Below are positions 61,447 to 64,000 of a DNA stretch of 64,000 nucleotides, one piece after another (position 1 is the first letter of the stretch; each line of letters starts with the position of its first letter). The notes under the pieces are model-generated. The model had not been told where the DNA came from. It did no database searches and saw only the letters and a program-made list of their open reading frames with translations. The DNA comes from Azolla caroliniana (Eukaryota; Plantae; Polypodiophyta): NCBI GenBank assembly GCA_043228905.1, contig JBHGNT010000022.1:7068001-7132000 (forward strand). Direction: 5' to 3'. Position numbers and translations under genes: made by a program.

Positions 61447-64000
61447 TATCATGGATGAACAATTGGAAGATAAAGAGATGGGGAAGTTGATGAGATAGAG
61501 AGATGGAGAAATTGATAACAATGAGTAAGAAAATCTATTCCATGCATGGTGTTGATCTCCTTGATGTTAACAAGGGAGATCAACCCTTTTTATACATGTA
61601 GTGATGCATGATAAGCATGCTCATGCCAAGTCTTACATACTATAATATCAAGCATACTAATTCTTGCATGCCTTGTCTTACATACCACTCTTTTTACAAA
61701 GGTTTAAAGTCTAAAGTTTGTCTAGGAGAAATATATATACACAAGCACCTAAGGCTCAAATTCGAGTCGATGTCCATTACATTATCCTTCCCTTAAGTGC
61801 GGACTTCAAGAAGGTGCAGGTTTGTGAGGATATTGAAGACGAAAATCATGAACCACTTCCGGGGCATTGAATAAATTTCTAGCGAGCTCCCATGTGGCCT
61901 CAAAGATGGGATATCCTTTCCACAAGACCATATATTGGAGCTTCCGTCGGCTCTTGCGCGAGTCTAGAATGGTCTCGACTTCATACTCATCCCCAGTCGC
62001 CAAAGCCACAAGGGGGGGAGGGGTGGTGGTGGCTTGATGTTTCTTCCTGGAATTGAGGATGGATGATAGAGCTCAAGAAGTGATGCATGGAAGACATTGT
62101 GAATTCGGTAGTGTGATGGAAGAGCAAGACGGAAAGCCACAAGGTTGACTTTGTCAATGATGCGGAATGGACCCAACTTTTTGTAATCAAGTTTGTTGCA
62201 TGGGCGAGTTGTCGGAATATGCCGACATAATAGGCAGACCATGTCACCGACTTTAAAACAAGGTGCACCTCGCCTAACGCCGATGTCGATCAGCCTTCTC
62301 TTTGTGTCATTCCTGAGCAATTGAGAGCTCTAGGGATATGTCATGGTGCACTTCTTTCATCAGACGAGCTCGTTCTTCAGTAGATGGATTCACAGAAGCA
62401 GCAGGGATAGTTATGTTAAAGAGTGGGTGGAACCCATGATTTGCGAAAAAGGGTGTTACGCTAGTTGATGTGTGGAGAGTATTGTTGTAGGCGAACTCAG
62501 CCATTGGAAGAAATTTGATCCAATCATCTTGTTGATAACATATCATACATCGGAGATATTGCTCTAGGATCTGATTTACTCGTTCTGTTTGGCCGTTTGT
62601 CTCTGGATGAAAGGTTGTCGAAAATTTTGTGGAAGTTCCAAGAGTCTGGAAGAGGCGTTTCCAGAAATGAGACATAAATTGGGAACCGCGATCAGAGATA
62701 ATGTCATCCGGTAAACCCTGAAGGCGCACAATATTTGTTAATAATAGATCTGTTGTTTCCATCCCTAAAATTGCTTTAGAACATGGAATAAAATGCTTCA
62801 TCTTTATGAATCTGTCAACCACCACCAATACTGAATTGAATCCCTCAATGTCGGGAAGGTTGGTGATAAAATCCGTCGAGATGGAGGCCCATGGTCTACT
62901 TGGAATTGGCAGAGGTTGAAGTAGACCGTAGGGATGATGATGTATTGCTTTGGCGTAGGCACATGTATCACATGTTTTCACGAATTCTTTAACAAGTTTC
63001 CAAGGTTGCAGCCACCAATAACTTCTAGAGATTAACTCCAATGTTTTTGCAACGCCAAAATGTCCAGCTAGGGCATCATCATGGCATTCCTTCACGATAC
63101 GGATACACAAGGACCATCTGGGGCATACATTAAGTTGTTCCGGAAAAGAAAACCATCCCGAAACAGAAATTGGTCATGAATATTCTATACCTCCTTTATG
63201 GTTGAGTTGTTGACTCAATTCTCCTTAATCTCTTTTGCAAATTTGTCGGTGGTAGTATCTATGGCTATTGCATTGAGTAATGATTCATCTGCACTCATAT
63301 AAGCTGCAAAGAGTTGAATCTGATGTGATTGTAGGAGACAACGTGATTGTTGATTGTAGGTCGCATCTCCTGGTCGGATTTTGAAGTCCAAACGCCGAGA
63401 TAGGGCATCGGCTTTACCATGTTGGGCACCATGGCGAAAAACAATTTCAAAGTCATAATCAACCAGGAAGGTCGACCATCGCGTTTGCCTCTAGTTCAAA
63501 ATGTGTGTAGTGGTGAAGTAGATGAGATTCTTGTGATCGGTCATCACCTGGACACGGACGACATTGGGCACCTACCAAGTAAAGACGCCATTCTTCAAAG
63601 GAGACAATAATGGCAGAGAGTTCTTTGTCGTAAATTGGGTAGTTGATCTCGAGTGGTGTGAACTTCCGAGAATAAAAGGCAACAGGATGAAGAATCCCAT
63701 TGTATCTGATTAAGAGAGAATGGCACCGATGGTGAAGTTAGAGGCATCCGTTTCGATCGTAAATGGTTTGGTCAGATCTGGGTGTAGAAGTACCGGAGCT
63801 GAGGTAAAAGCTTTCTTTAGTGCCTTGAATGCCAGTTGGGTTGTAGGAGTCAAGCAAAAACGGGAATCCTTTTGAGTGAGTGCTATAAGTGGTTCTGCCA
63901 ATGTAGAGAATCCTTGAATGAATCAACGATAGAAGTTGGCAAAACCTAAAAATGATTGCACATCCTTGACCTTGGTGGGGAATTCCCACTCTTGAACCAT
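61447..64000 (-). mobile_element. Tcn1-like chromovirus, 3' part (RNase H, integrase, chromodomain, PPT, 3' LTR); runs off the window end
   Basis: Motifs [22 protein letters not shown]...CDTC, ISDRG, HPETNGQTER, LGPF and chromodomain YEVETILDS...VLWKGY...TWE. PPT AAGGGAAGGA at ~61796-61785; LTR about 61781-61447. Confidence 0.9.

Overview
Eukaryotic land-plant nuclear DNA. The retroelement types suggest a non-seed plant such as a fern, but this is inference. Two intact 10-exon host genes face away from each other: an anthranilate-phosphoribosyltransferase-like (glycosyltransferase family 3) gene on the minus strand (13169-7928) and a family-3 aldehyde dehydrogenase on the plus strand (42993-48815). 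Most of the remainder is nested, mostly decayed retrotransposons: five Ty1/copia copies, three chromodomain Ty3/gypsy copies, a gypsy-like family with a tRNA-Trp primer site, several solo LTRs, two full-length L1-type LINEs and two tiny poly(A) retroposed fragments. I found no prokaryote-type system and no true CRISPR array. The most unusual signals lie inside the retroelements: tRNA-like A/B-box cassettes in two different LTR families, a Tf1-type self-priming site, an element whose two LTRs end in AA instead of CA, a 55-56 bp periodic palindrome array in a gypsy leader, ATGA stop/start overlap in both LINEs, and an unrecognised ORF1 C-terminal domain. All coordinates were read by eye, and family names come from motif recognition rather than database searches.
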